In this document: positions 1 to 8,676 of the stretch, one piece after another
Layout: every line of letters starts with the position of its first letter
Position numbering within the stretch: the first letter of the stretch is position 1
Assembly: GCA_040880165.1 (NCBI GenBank)
Contig: JBBDIW010000057.1
Coordinates: forward strand, 1-24,430
DNA from: Gemmatimonadota bacterium
GTDB taxonomy: Bacteria > Gemmatimonadota > Gemmatimonadetes > Longimicrobiales > Gaopeijiaceae
Direction: 5' to 3'
DNA length: 24,430 nucleotides
The notes under the pieces: generated by a model
Told to the model about the DNA's origin: nothing
What the model saw: only the letters and a program-made list of their open reading frames with translations
The model's database searches: none
Made by a program: the position numbers and the translations under genes

Positions 1-406
1 CGGTGGTGATCCCCTGCATGATCAGGTTCGGCGCGGCGCGGTAGCGGGCGTCCGGATCACGGAAGCCGCCCCGGGCGCGGGAACCGTCGTCGGCGTGCGA
101 GTGGATGTCGATGAAGCCCGGCGCCACGACCTTGCCTGTCGCGTCCACCGTACGGTCGGCGGTCGCGCCCGAGAGCCTCCCCACCGCCACGATCCTCCCG
201 TCGCGCACCCCCACGTCGCCGGAAAACCAGGGGTTCCCCGTCCCGTCCAGGATCCGACCGCCGGTGACCAGGAGGTCGAAGTGTTCGCGAGCCTGGGGCG
301 TGGCCTGCGCCGCCGCCGAAGCGCCGAGAAGGAGGGAGCCGCCCAGCAGGAGAAGAAGCGGGCGGAGCGGGTGAAGGAGGCCGAGGGCATGGAAGGGATG
401 GCGCAT
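1..406 (-). CDS. N-acyl-D-amino-acid deacylase / amidohydrolase family protein, 5' part only (runs off the window edge)
   Basis: Manual translation from ATG at 406 (GGAG upstream) gives MRHPFHALGLL...GASAAAQ...FDLLVTGGRILDGTGNPWFSGDVGVRDGRIVAVG...DATGKVVAPGFIDIHSH...NLIMQGITT. This is the typical D-aminoacylase N-terminus with the metal-binding HxH. It is not in the ORF track because no stop codon falls within the window. Confidence 0.85.
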   Translation of the reverse strand, partial: MRHPFHALGLLHPLRPLLLLLGGSLLLGASAAAQATPQAREHFDLLVTGGRILDGTGNPWFSGDVGVRDGRIVAVGRLSGATADRTVDATGKVVAPGFIDIHSHADDGSRARGGFRDPDARYRAAPNLIMQGITT

Positions 407-595
407 GAACTTCTCCGGGAGTGCAGATCGTGAGAACGGCGGCGGGCCGGTGCCGCATCCAGAAGACGCGTTCGGCACCTTCCGCGCAACTCCGGGGGGG
501 AAGCCGTGGGGCGCCGGTGGCGCAATCTTCCGCCGTTTGCGACGCACCGAAGGTGGTGCCCGTAACGCGGCTCGCCCCATTACTCGGACACGCTC

Positions 596-1504
596 CTAGA
601 CTTCCAGGCCGGCCATGATCGTGGAGAGCCGGATGAAGCTCTCCGGCGAGAACGTTTCGGGACGCCGGGTGAGGTCCATGCCGGCCTCCGCCTGCAGTCG
701 CTCCACCGCTTCCCTGGAGAGCGCCAGATCGGGGTGGTCGCGCAGCGTCTTCTGGAACTGCTTCCTCCGCCACTGGAAGGCCGCGCGGGTGAGGGTGCGC
801 AGCCGCTCCTCCTCGTCCTGCGAAAGGGGGGGCGGATCGAGTGGCGTCACGCGGATGATCGAGGAGTCGACCTTCGGCACCGGCCGGAAGGCGGTGCGCG
901 GGACCGGAAGAAGCTGCTCCACGCGAGCGACGCTGCGTACCCCGACCGCCAGGGCGCCGTACGCGCCCGTGCCGGCGTCCGCCACGATCCGGTCCGCGAC
1001 TTCGCGCTGGACCATCAGGAGGATGTCGCGCGCCCGGGGGCGCTCGAGGAACTTGAAGAGGATGGGGGCCGTGATGTTGTAGGGGATGTTCCCGATCACG
1101 CGCAGCGAGGAGACGTCGCGGGAGACCGCCGCCAGATCGAGGTCCAGGACGTTGCCGTGGATGACCTCCACCTCCGGCCGCCCGCGATACTCGTCGATGA
1201 GCCGCCGCGCCAGCGCGTTGTCGAGCTCGACGAGGATCAGCCGCTCGACCGCCCCCGCGAGGTGCCGCGTGAGCGCCCCCTGTCCCGGCCCGATCTCGAG
1301 CACCTCGTCGCCGGGCGTGAAATCGGCGACCTCGATGATCCGGCGCTGGATGTTCCGGTCGACCAGGAAGTTCTGGCCGAGAGCACGCTTCGGGCGTGGT
1401 GGTGCCGAGGTCGGCGCGCCGTCCGGTGAATCAGGGTCGACGGGCTCAGGCGTCGAGCCCGAAGCATCCTGCGCGGGGTCGGGAGGGTCAGGCGCGGAGG
1501 ACAA
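596..1504 (-). CDS. rsmA: 16S rRNA (adenine1518/1519-N6)-dimethyltransferase RsmA/KsgA
   Basis: Motifs LGQNFL, VLEIGPGQG, GNIPYNIT, MVQREVA, FRPVPKVDS and RRK. Probable TTG start at 1504 with GGAG 5 nt upstream, overlapping the upstream phosphatase stop. The start is uncertain. Confidence 0.93.
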   Translation of the reverse strand: MSSAPDPPDPAQDASGSTPEPVDPDSPDGAPTSAPPRPKRALGQNFLVDRNIQRRIIEVADFTPGDEVLEIGPGQGALTRHLAGAVERLILVELDNALARRLIDEYRGRPEVEVIHGNVLDLDLAAVSRDVSSLRVIGNIPYNITAPILFKFLERPRARDILLMVQREVADRIVADAGTGAYGALAVGVRSVARVEQLLPVPRTAFRPVPKVDSSIIRVTPLDPPPLSQDEEERLRTLTRAAFQWRRKQFQKTLRDHPDLALSREAVERLQAEAGMDLTRRPETFSPESFIRLSTIMAGLEV

Positions 1505-3083
1505 GCGCGCTCCGATCGTCCGCCGGGATCGTCGCGGCGGGCTCGGCCACGAGCGCGAAAAGAGCCTCCACGAAGTCGGAGGGCGAGGCGTCCCGGAGCC
1601 GCACCGCCTCGGCGAGGACGGCCTCCTCGCCGCTGTTGCGCCCTGCGGGAGCCAGGGTGTCCGAGAGTCCGTCCGTGAAGAGGAGCAGGAGATCCTCCCC
1701 GGTGCACCACGGCACCGTCCGCTGCTCGTACGAGGCGGGCCCGGCGATTCCCACCGGCGGATCCAGCGCCGGAAGCCGCTGTGGCTCGCCCTCTGCGCGG
1801 ATGATGAAGGCATGGGGATGGCCGGCGTTCGCGTAGACGAGCTCGCCCTTCTCCGGGTCCACGACGCCGTAGAAGAGCGTCAGGTACATCTCGGTGTTCT
1901 CGAGCTCGTCGCGCAGCGCGTCGTCCAGGTAGCGGAGCACGCGCTCCGGCGTCCCGATCTCCGAGGCGTAGATCGTCGCCGCGCTCATCGAGAGCGCCAT
2001 GATCAGTGCGGCCGGGAAGCCGTGGCTGGACACGTCGCCGATCATTACGCCGAGCCGGCCGCCGTGCAACCGGAAGAAGTGGTAGAAGTCACCGCCCACG
2101 GATTCGGCCGGCTCCACCCGCGCGGCCACCTCCGTCTCCCCCTCGAGCGACGGCAGGAGCTTCATCTGGAGGTTGTGCGCGAGCTCCATCTCGCGGGTGA
2201 CACGCTCCTGCGCCAGGCTCTCCTGGATCAGGCGGTTGTTCTCCAGCGCGGCGCCCACCTGACTCGCGATCGCGGACAGGAGCTTCTGGTCGCTGGCGGA
2301 AAAACGTCCCCCGCGCTTCCTGCCGATCAGGTTGATCACGCCGACGGTGCGGGAATCCCCGCTGGGCGGCGTGTAGCGGATGGGCACGGAGAGCACGGAG
2401 TCCTGGTTTTCGCCCGGGGTGGCCTGAAGGCCGGGCGCGTCCTCCAGCACGGCGCTCTGGGGGGAAAGAATGAGCGGGCGCCCCTCGCGGAAGACCTGCG
2501 AGGTGATCGCATGGGGGTCTCCGGCTTCGATGGGCCCCTCCAGCCCGTCCTCACCCTCGAAGGCGACCAGCTTCAGCACGTCGTCGGGAGGCTGAAAGAC
2601 CCAGAGCGAGCCCCGCAGGGCACCGAGGACGTCGCAGACCTCCCGCAGGATGGCGCGCGCCGCGTCGTCCAGGCGAAGCACGGATCCGAGCGTCTCGCTG
2701 ATCGAGTAGAGGAGGTTGATCTCCTCGTACCGCTCCGACACTTCGTAGGTGAAGAAGCCGATCTCCTTCTGATATTCGTAGATGCGGTCGAGCGTCGCCC
2801 GCAGGACGCCGGCTGCGGCCCGTGCCCGCTCATCCCGGGGAGATTTGAGCTCGAGCACGAGGCGGGTCTGGTCCAGGGAGGAGACGTCGAAGTGGAGGGA
2901 GGCGGGGTCGGGACCCGATCCGGAGTCGGCTTCGCTCCCGTCCTCCGGATAGAGCCGGATGCCCGAGCCCTCGTCGTTCAGCGCCCAGAGGCGGAGCGTG
3001 AGGTCGAAGGCGACCCGGAACTCTTCGAGACTCTGCCGGACGGGTTCCGGGAGAAGATCCCGGACGCCCCGGTCCCGCGTCAT
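1488..3083 (-). CDS. GAF-domain PP2C/SpoIIE-family serine phosphatase (RsbU/RsbP-like)
   Basis: GAF domain (EINLLYSISETL...VGVINL...FSASDQKLLSAIASQVGAALEN) followed by ELAHNLQMKLLP, VGGDFY, IGDVSSHG, YANAGHP, LFTDG and DDRS PP2C motifs. ATG at 3083 overlaps the upstream stop (ATGA). Confidence 0.92.
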   Translation of the reverse strand: MTRDRGVRDLLPEPVRQSLEEFRVAFDLTLRLWALNDEGSGIRLYPEDGSEADSGSGPDPASLHFDVSSLDQTRLVLELKSPRDERARAAAGVLRATLDRIYEYQKEIGFFTYEVSERYEEINLLYSISETLGSVLRLDDAARAILREVCDVLGALRGSLWVFQPPDDVLKLVAFEGEDGLEGPIEAGDPHAITSQVFREGRPLILSPQSAVLEDAPGLQATPGENQDSVLSVPIRYTPPSGDSRTVGVINLIGRKRGGRFSASDQKLLSAIASQVGAALENNRLIQESLAQERVTREMELAHNLQMKLLPSLEGETEVAARVEPAESVGGDFYHFFRLHGGRLGVMIGDVSSHGFPAALIMALSMSAATIYASEIGTPERVLRYLDDALRDELENTEMYLTLFYGVVDPEKGELVYANAGHPHAFIIRAEGEPQRLPALDPPVGIAGPASYEQRTVPWCTGEDLLLLFTDGLSDTLAPAGRNSGEEAVLAEAVRLRDASPSDFVEALFALVAEPAATIPADDRSALVLRA

Positions 3084-3520
3084 GCCGAAGCGCCCCGTAG
3101 CTCGTTCTGGGGGGCGCCGTAGCGGAGTACGAGGGTGACGGAGTTGCCGCGGTCGTTGTAGCGCACTTCGTCCAGGAGCTTCCGCATCAGGAAGACGCCG
3201 CGTCCACCCGACTTGCACAGGTTCATCGGGCAGGTCGGGTCCGGGACCACCTCGGGATCGAATCCATTGCCCTCGTCGGTGACGCAGGCGATGACGGAGC
3301 AGCTCTTCACCGTGACCTCGACGCGCACCCGCTTGGCGGGATCCCGGTGGTTTCCGTACAGCATGGCGTTGGACAGGGCTTCGGTGAGGGCGACGCGGAA
3401 GTTGAGCCGGAGCCTCTTCTGGTCTTCGCAGCTCGGCTCGCAACGCCGCACCACGAATTCCACGGTGTGCTCGATGGCCTTGATGTCGTTCGGGAGTTCC
3501 AGGACGAGGTCAGATCGCAT
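3080..3520 (-). CDS. Anti-sigma factor / Ser kinase, RsbW/SpoIIAB-like (HATPase_c_2)
   Basis: N-box ALTEALSNAMLYGN, G1 box VTDEGNGFD and G2 box GGRGVFLMRKL. It lies next to the STAS and PP2C genes. Start taken at ATG 3520. Confidence 0.9.
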   Translation of the reverse strand: MRSDLVLELPNDIKAIEHTVEFVVRRCEPSCEDQKRLRLNFRVALTEALSNAMLYGNHRDPAKRVRVEVTVKSCSVIACVTDEGNGFDPEVVPDPTCPMNLCKSGGRGVFLMRKLLDEVRYNDRGNSVTLVLRYGAPQNELRGASA

Positions 3521-3631
3521 CCGGTCCGTCGGCGAAGGGAGGATTCCGGCACCCACGCGTCGACCGGCTCGATCGAGGAGTGGGGGCCACAAGTACCGAT
3601 GGCAGGGAGCGCGCCCCCGGCCGTCCAGCCG

Positions 3632-3964
3632 CTACAGGCCCTTCAGGGCTTCCTCTCGAGTGTCCGTGATGATGAACAGCGTGTCGAGCTTCGTCAGCTC
3701 GAAGAGCGTCCGGAGATCCTCGTTCAGTCCGGAAAGCCGGAGCTCTCCCTCCTGCTCGCGGATCTTCTTGGAGAGGCTCACGAGCACGCCCAGACCGGAC
3801 GAGTCGATATATCCCGTGTTCGCGAAGTCGATGAGGAACTTGCGTTCTCCTCGCTCCAGTTCCTCCAGGACCTTCTGCTTCAGCTCCTGGCGATTTCCGA
3901 CGATGAGCTGCCCATCGACGTCCACGATGGTGATGTCATCGGACTTCTGGACCTGAAAAACCAT
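3632..3964 (-). CDS. STAS-domain anti-sigma factor antagonist, RsbV/SpoIIAA-like
   Basis: 110 aa with IDF...YIDSSGLGVL (phospho-acceptor Ser motif) and LFELTKLD. GGAGG lies upstream of the ATG. Confidence 0.93.
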   Translation of the reverse strand: MVFQVQKSDDITIVDVDGQLIVGNRQELKQKVLEELERGERKFLIDFANTGYIDSSGLGVLVSLSKKIREQEGELRLSGLNEDLRTLFELTKLDTLFIITDTREEALKGL

Positions 3965-4051
3965 GCTGCCTCCGGTAGGGGCTCGTTAGCCACCAGAAAG
4001 GATAAACGTTTGACGTCGTGACTGGCAAGCCTTTCGGATCCGGGAGCCGGA

Positions 4052-5050
4052 TCACGACGCTTCGGCCATGAGCGAGGTGATGCAGGCGACATTCACGATG
4101 TCCTCCACGTTCGAACCGCGCGAAAGATCGTTGCACGGCCGTCGCAGTCCCTGGATGATCGGCCCGATCGCCTCGGCGCCCGCCAGCCGCTGCACCAGCT
4201 TGTAGCCGATGTTCGCGGCGTCCAGGTTCGGAAAGACGAGTACGTTCGCGTGCCCCCCGATTTCGGACCCCGGCGCCTTGCGCCGTGCGACCTCCTCCAC
4301 CAGCGCCGTGTCGGCCTGGAACTCGCCGTCCGCGCGCACGTCCGGCTCGATCTCCCGGAAGTGGGTGAGCGCGGAGCGCACCTTGTCCACGGCCGGCCCC
4401 TGCGCGCTGCCGAGGGTGGAGTACGACAGGAACGCCACGATCGGCTCGTCCCCCACCACCTTTCGCCGCGCCCGCGACGCCGCCACCGCGATCTCCGCGA
4501 GCTGCGCCGGCGTCGGGTCGGGGATGACCGCGCCGTCCGTGAAGGTGAGCACGCTCGATCCGCGAAAGGAGGGGAGAACCATGTAGAAGGAGGAGGAGAC
4601 GGAACGGATTCCGTCGGCGCTCCCGATGCACCAGATCCCCGCCCGGAGCACGTCCGCCGTGGAGTACACGGCGCCCGCCACCAAGCCGTCGGCCTCGCCC
4701 ATCCGGACCATCATCGCCCCGCGGGTGAGCGGATCGGAAATCCGCTCCTCCGCCTGCGCCTCGGTGAGCTTCCGCGCCCTCCGCAGGGCCATGAATTCAC
4801 GGACGCATTCCGCGCGCGATGCGTCCGAGGGGTCGGCCGGATCGATGATCCGGACCGCTTCCGCGTCTCCCCCGGCCGCCTTCACGCCCTCACGGACCTT
4901 CTCTTCCGGGCCGAGGATGATGGAATCCAGGAGCCGCTCCTCCTGGAAGACAACCACCGAGGCCAGCGTCCGCGGGTCCTCCCCTTCGGGGAAGACGATC
5001 GTGCGGGGACACTCGCGCGCCCGCTGCCGGATGGATTCCAGGAAGGTCAA
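4052..5050 (-). CDS. pta: Phosphate acetyltransferase (short, single-domain form)
   Basis: Motifs IVFPEGED, DGLVAGA, FLSYST, DGEFQAD, ANVLVFPNLDAANIGYKLVQR, GPIIQG and NDLSRG. TTG start at 5050 overlaps the coaD stop (TTGA). Confidence 0.9.
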   Translation of the reverse strand: MTFLESIRQRARECPRTIVFPEGEDPRTLASVVVFQEERLLDSIILGPEEKVREGVKAAGGDAEAVRIIDPADPSDASRAECVREFMALRRARKLTEAQAEERISDPLTRGAMMVRMGEADGLVAGAVYSTADVLRAGIWCIGSADGIRSVSSSFYMVLPSFRGSSVLTFTDGAVIPDPTPAQLAEIAVAASRARRKVVGDEPIVAFLSYSTLGSAQGPAVDKVRSALTHFREIEPDVRADGEFQADTALVEEVARRKAPGSEIGGHANVLVFPNLDAANIGYKLVQRLAGAEAIGPIIQGLRRPCNDLSRGSNVEDIVNVACITSLMAEAS

Positions 5051-5544
5051 GTGGAGAATTTCCGCTTCAGGGACTGGAGAACCTTGGGCGAGACGAAGTT
5101 GGCGACGTCGCCGCCCAGGCTGGCCACCTCGCGCACGAGCGATGCCGAAAGGAAGGAATAGTGGGCGTCGGGGGTGAGAAAGAGGGTTTCCACTTCCCCC
5201 CACAGCTCGCGGTTCATCTGCGCCAGCTGGAACTCGTACTCGAAGTCCGATACCGCCCGGAGCCCGCGGATGACGAAGTGGGCGCCCCGATTGCGCGCGT
5301 AGTCGACCATCAGCCCCTCGAAGGCGACGCATTCGATCTGGGGCTCGTCCGAGAAGACGTCGGTGAGCAGATCCAGCCGCTCCTCCACGGAGAAGAGCGG
5401 CTTTTTCGAGTGCGTTGCGGTGTGCGCCACCGCGATGACCAGGCGGTCCACGATGCGGAGCGTCCGGCGGGCGATGTCCTCGTGCCCCAGGGTGATGGGG
5501 TCGAAGGAGCCCGGATAGATCGCCACTACGGAATCCTCTTTCAT
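5047..5544 (-). CDS. coaD: Pantetheine-phosphate adenylyltransferase
   Basis: Motifs YPGSFDPITLGH, IRGLRAVSDFEYE and SASLVREVA. ATG at 5544 overlaps the rsmD stop (ATGA). Confidence 0.96.
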   Translation of the reverse strand: MKEDSVVAIYPGSFDPITLGHEDIARRTLRIVDRLVIAVAHTATHSKKPLFSVEERLDLLTDVFSDEPQIECVAFEGLMVDYARNRGAHFVIRGLRAVSDFEYEFQLAQMNRELWGEVETLFLTPDAHYSFLSASLVREVASLGGDVANFVSPKVLQSLKRKFST

Positions 5545-6089
5545 GCTTCCTCCCCGCCGGGGGGGTCCCCCCCGTCCATGGTGGTCAAGGTGGTGCCGCC
5601 GTAGCGGCGCTGCCGGAGCCCCGGAAGTTTCGGAAGCTCCTCGGAGCTGCCGTGCTCCACCCAGAGCTCGCGCGCGAACGGCCGCGCTTGGAAGTGCTCC
5701 ACGAGCCGCGCCGCCAGCCCCTTGCCGTACGGCGGATCGGCCAGCGCGATGTCGAAGAAAACATCCTTCTTCAGGAAGGTGAAGACCTCCTCGCGCGCGA
5801 CCGTCGCCCTCTCCTCCGCGCCGAGCAGCGCGATGTTCGCCTCCAGCACCTCGAGCGCGCCTCGCGCCCGCTCCACGAAGACGGCCTCGTCGGCGCCGCG
5901 GCTCAGCGCTTCCAGCCCGAGTGCTCCCGAGCCGGCGAAAAGATCCAGCACCCGCGCGCGGGGAATCCGCGGGGCGAGCGACGACATCCAGGCTTCCCGC
6001 ACGCGGTCCGCCGTGGGGCGCACCTCCAGGCCCTGAAGGGCGCCGAGCCGCCGACCCCGCCACTCCCCCGCGATGATCCTCACCGGCAC
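5541..6089 (-). CDS. rsmD: 16S rRNA (guanine966-N2)-methyltransferase RsmD
   Basis: Motifs RIIAG, RPTADRVRE, VLDLFAGSGALGLEALSRGA and DPPY. The rsmD-coaD pairing is conserved in many bacteria. GTG start at 6089 or 6083. Confidence 0.93.
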   Translation of the reverse strand: MPVRIIAGEWRGRRLGALQGLEVRPTADRVREAWMSSLAPRIPRARVLDLFAGSGALGLEALSRGADEAVFVERARGALEVLEANIALLGAEERATVAREEVFTFLKKDVFFDIALADPPYGKGLAARLVEHFQARPFARELWVEHGSSEELPKLPGLRQRRYGGTTLTTMDGGDPPGGEEA

Positions 6090-6108
6090 GCCGTGGTTCG
6101 CGGGCCGT

Positions 6109-7950
6109 TCACGCGCGTCCGGCCGCGGAGCTGGAGGAGCTCGCGGGGCGCGTCACGTTCGTGCCGCACCCGGTCTGCTCGGCGCCTGCGGGACCCGCGG
6201 CGTTTGCGGCGTACGGGGGAGGCGCGCCGGAGGGACGCACGTCCACGATGTGCGCCTGGATGGATTCCCGGCCACGGTACGTGTTGCGGGCGAGCTTGAA
6301 GGCGACGTCCACCGGCGAGCCATCGAGCTCCTGCGGCGGTACCCGCTCGCAGAGCCGGAAGCCGATCGCCTCGAGTTGCGCGCTCCCCTGGCCGAGCCGG
6401 AGCTTCAGGTGCCCCTGCCCCACCGTCCGCGCGGGTCCGACGAGCCGCAGCTCGCGCGCCCAGAAGACAGGGCGGGGATTTTGCATTCCGAAGGGGCCCA
6501 GGTAGCCCAGCCAGTGGAAGAATTCGGGGGTGATCTCCGACAGCCCGATTTCGTATTCGGCGGAAAAGGAGGGGAGCAGGGGTGTGCCGGCCAGGCGGCG
6601 CGCGGCTTCCGCGTTGAAGGCGCGCCGGAAGGCATCGAGGTCCGCGCTCCGCAGGTCCATTCCCGCGGCCTGGCTGTGGCCGCCGAAGCGCGTGAGGTGT
6701 GCCTCGCAGGCACGGACCGCCTCGAAGAGGTCGAAGCCGCGGATGGAGCGCGCGCTCCCCCTCCCGCTCTCGCCGTCCAGCGCCACGAGAATCGCCGGGC
6801 GGTGCAGCCGCTCCACGACCTTCGAGGCGACGATTCCCACGACGCCGGGGTGCCACCCCTCCGACGCGACCACCACGCCGAAGTCGCGCTCCGGGTCGAA
6901 GTCGCGAGCCAGGAGCGCGAGCGCCTCGTCGAAGATGCGGTCGCTTTCGGTGCGTCGCTCCCCGTTCTCGTGGTCGAGCCGGCGCGCGAGCTCCTCGGCC
7001 TCCCCCGGGTCTTCGGTGAGGAGGAGCCGCAGCGCGGCGTCCGCGTCGCCGATGCGCCCGGCCGCGTTGATGCGGGGCGCCAGGACGAAGCCGATCTGTC
7101 CCGCCTCGACGGACGCGCCCTCGAGCCCCGTGATGCGGAGGAGGGCGGTCAGCCCCGGCTTCGTCGTGGCGCGGAGGGCGCGCAGCCCGTAGCGCACGAG
7201 CGCCCGGTTTTCGCCCTCCAGGGGGACGAGGTCCGCGATCGTGGCGAGCGCCACCAGATCCAGATGGGGAAGAAGCTCCTCCTCCGGGACGTCGAACCGG
7301 GCGCCGAGCAGCTGGCACAGCTTGAACGCGACGCCGGTGCCGCAGAGCCCCTTGTCGGGATAGCCGCAGTCCGGTCGCAGGGGGTTCACGACGGCGACGG
7401 CGGCGGGGAGGGTGGCGGACGGGGTGTGGTGGTCCGTGACGACGACGTCGATGCCGTGCCCGCCCGCGCGCTCCACCGTGGCGTGCGCGACGATCCCCGA
7501 GTCCGCCGTGATCACGAGGGTGGCGCCCCCGTCGCGCGCCACCGCGAGACCGGCCTCTCCGAAGTCGTAGCCGTGCCGGGTGCGGTGCGGCACGAAGGGC
7601 ACGACGATGCCGCCCAGTCGGCGCAGCCAGCGCGTCAGGAGGGCGGCGGCGGCGACCCCGTCCACGTCGTAGTCGCCGTGCACGAGCATGGTCTCGCCGT
7701 CCCGCACCGCCCGCGCGATCCGGTCCGCCGCCGCTTCGGCGCCGGCGAGCAGTTCGGGGGGGTGCAGGTCGTCCAGCACCGGACGCAGGAAGCGCTTCGC
7801 GGCATCGACGTCTGCGAAGCCGCGCAGCACGAGCAGCGCACAGAGCGCCGCCGGGAGGTTCAGCGCCTCCTGCAGGTGGGCCACCTCGGAGGCAGGGGGC
7901 GGCGCTCCGATGATCCAGCGGGGGTGAAGCGGGGGTGGGAGAGCGCTCAC
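6109..7950 (-). CDS. recJ: ssDNA-specific exonuclease RecJ
   Basis: DHH motifs HGDYDVDG, ITAD, TDHH, LATIAD and APRINAAGR, plus DHHA1 motifs GRGSAR and GGHSQAAG. GTG start at 7950 overlaps the upstream stop (GTGA). Confidence 0.95.
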   Translation of the reverse strand: MSALPPPLHPRWIIGAPPPASEVAHLQEALNLPAALCALLVLRGFADVDAAKRFLRPVLDDLHPPELLAGAEAAADRIARAVRDGETMLVHGDYDVDGVAAAALLTRWLRRLGGIVVPFVPHRTRHGYDFGEAGLAVARDGGATLVITADSGIVAHATVERAGGHGIDVVVTDHHTPSATLPAAVAVVNPLRPDCGYPDKGLCGTGVAFKLCQLLGARFDVPEEELLPHLDLVALATIADLVPLEGENRALVRYGLRALRATTKPGLTALLRITGLEGASVEAGQIGFVLAPRINAAGRIGDADAALRLLLTEDPGEAEELARRLDHENGERRTESDRIFDEALALLARDFDPERDFGVVVASEGWHPGVVGIVASKVVERLHRPAILVALDGESGRGSARSIRGFDLFEAVRACEAHLTRFGGHSQAAGMDLRSADLDAFRRAFNAEAARRLAGTPLLPSFSAEYEIGLSEITPEFFHWLGYLGPFGMQNPRPVFWARELRLVGPARTVGQGHLKLRLGQGSAQLEAIGFRLCERVPPQELDGSPVDVAFKLARNTYRGRESIQAHIVDVRPSGAPPPYAANAAGPAGAEQTGCGTNVTRPASSSSSAAGRA

Positions 7951-8675
7951 TCCCCTGCTTCGGGCGGAGAAAGAATCACTCCGCACGATTCGCAGCGGAT
8001 CATCCCCCTGTCCTGGCGCACCTCGTTCTGCTTCTGGAGCGGGACGATGCCGTAGCAGTGCCCGCAGGCCCCGTCCTCCGTCAGCGTCGCGACGACGACC
8101 TTCCGACCCCCCGCGCGGAAGCTGTCGTACACCCGCCGCTCCGGCTCCGCGATCCGCCCGATGAAGTCCTCGCGACGGCTCTGAAGCGTCTCGAGCTGCC
8201 CGCTGAACTCGCTCCGCTCCTTCAGCAGCTCGTCGCGGCGCGGCTCCACTTCCTCGCGCGCCGCCTTCACCTTCCCCTCGAGCTCCTCGAGCATGTCCTC
8301 CGAGCGACGGATCTGGTCCAGCAGCGCCAGCGCCTCCTGCTCGTCGGTCTCCAGCGCCCGGCGCAGCATGTCTGTCTCCGCGCGCACCGCGGCTTCCTCG
8401 CGGACGTTCTGCACCGCGTCCAGCCGCTCCTGCATCTTCTTCAACCGCTCGCGCTTTTCGTCCGAGGTCCCTTCCAGCCGGCGCTCGTCCACCTTCATCT
8501 GCTTGAGTCGGTCACGGATGGTTTTCGCTTCCTCCTCCAGCACGAGAGCCGGCTCCTCGACCTCTGCCAGGAGCGGATCGAACGCCGCCACCTTCGCCTG
8601 CACCTCGTCGATCTCTCCGTCCAGATTCTGGAGCTCTCTCAGCGTTACCTGCGTGTCCTCTGTCATATGCCGCAC
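7947..8675 (-). CDS. Coiled-coil protein with C-terminal C4 zinc ribbon (zf-RING_7; CT398/HP0958-like)
   Basis: LQNLD N-terminus, a long E/K/R-rich helical region, then CGHC...IRCESCGVIL. Start is GTG 8675 or ATG 8666. Confidence 0.88.
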   Translation of the reverse strand: MRHMTEDTQVTLRELQNLDGEIDEVQAKVAAFDPLLAEVEEPALVLEEEAKTIRDRLKQMKVDERRLEGTSDEKRERLKKMQERLDAVQNVREEAAVRAETDMLRRALETDEQEALALLDQIRRSEDMLEELEGKVKAAREEVEPRRDELLKERSEFSGQLETLQSRREDFIGRIAEPERRVYDSFRAGGRKVVVATLTEDGACGHCYGIVPLQKQNEVRQDRGMIRCESCGVILSPPEAGE

Positions 8676-8676
8676 A

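Noticed and set aside
407-595. Structured element or terminator between rsmA and the deacylase gene
   Set aside because: Only short GC-rich stems are present, with no U-tract and no recognisable riboswitch consensus.
1505-1813. In-frame upstream extensions in the ORF track (rsmA to 1813, rsbU to 3443, pta to 5332, coaD to 6063, mutS2 to 13262, hrcA to 18307, obgE to 21513, asparaginase to 23682, rof from 23578)
   Set aside because: Each overlaps another real gene or an intergenic spacer, and the added residues are R/P/G-rich junk. Better starts with SD motifs or stop/start overlaps exist downstream.
1086-3122. Long plus-strand ORFs (678 aa here; also 6073-8055, 9217-11637, 10701-13205, 14787-16655, 16202-17983, 18061-19284, 19313-20566)
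   Set aside because: They are antisense or alternate-frame shadows of well-supported minus-strand genes. At this GC content stop codons are rare on the opposite strand, and the translations have no recognisable motifs.
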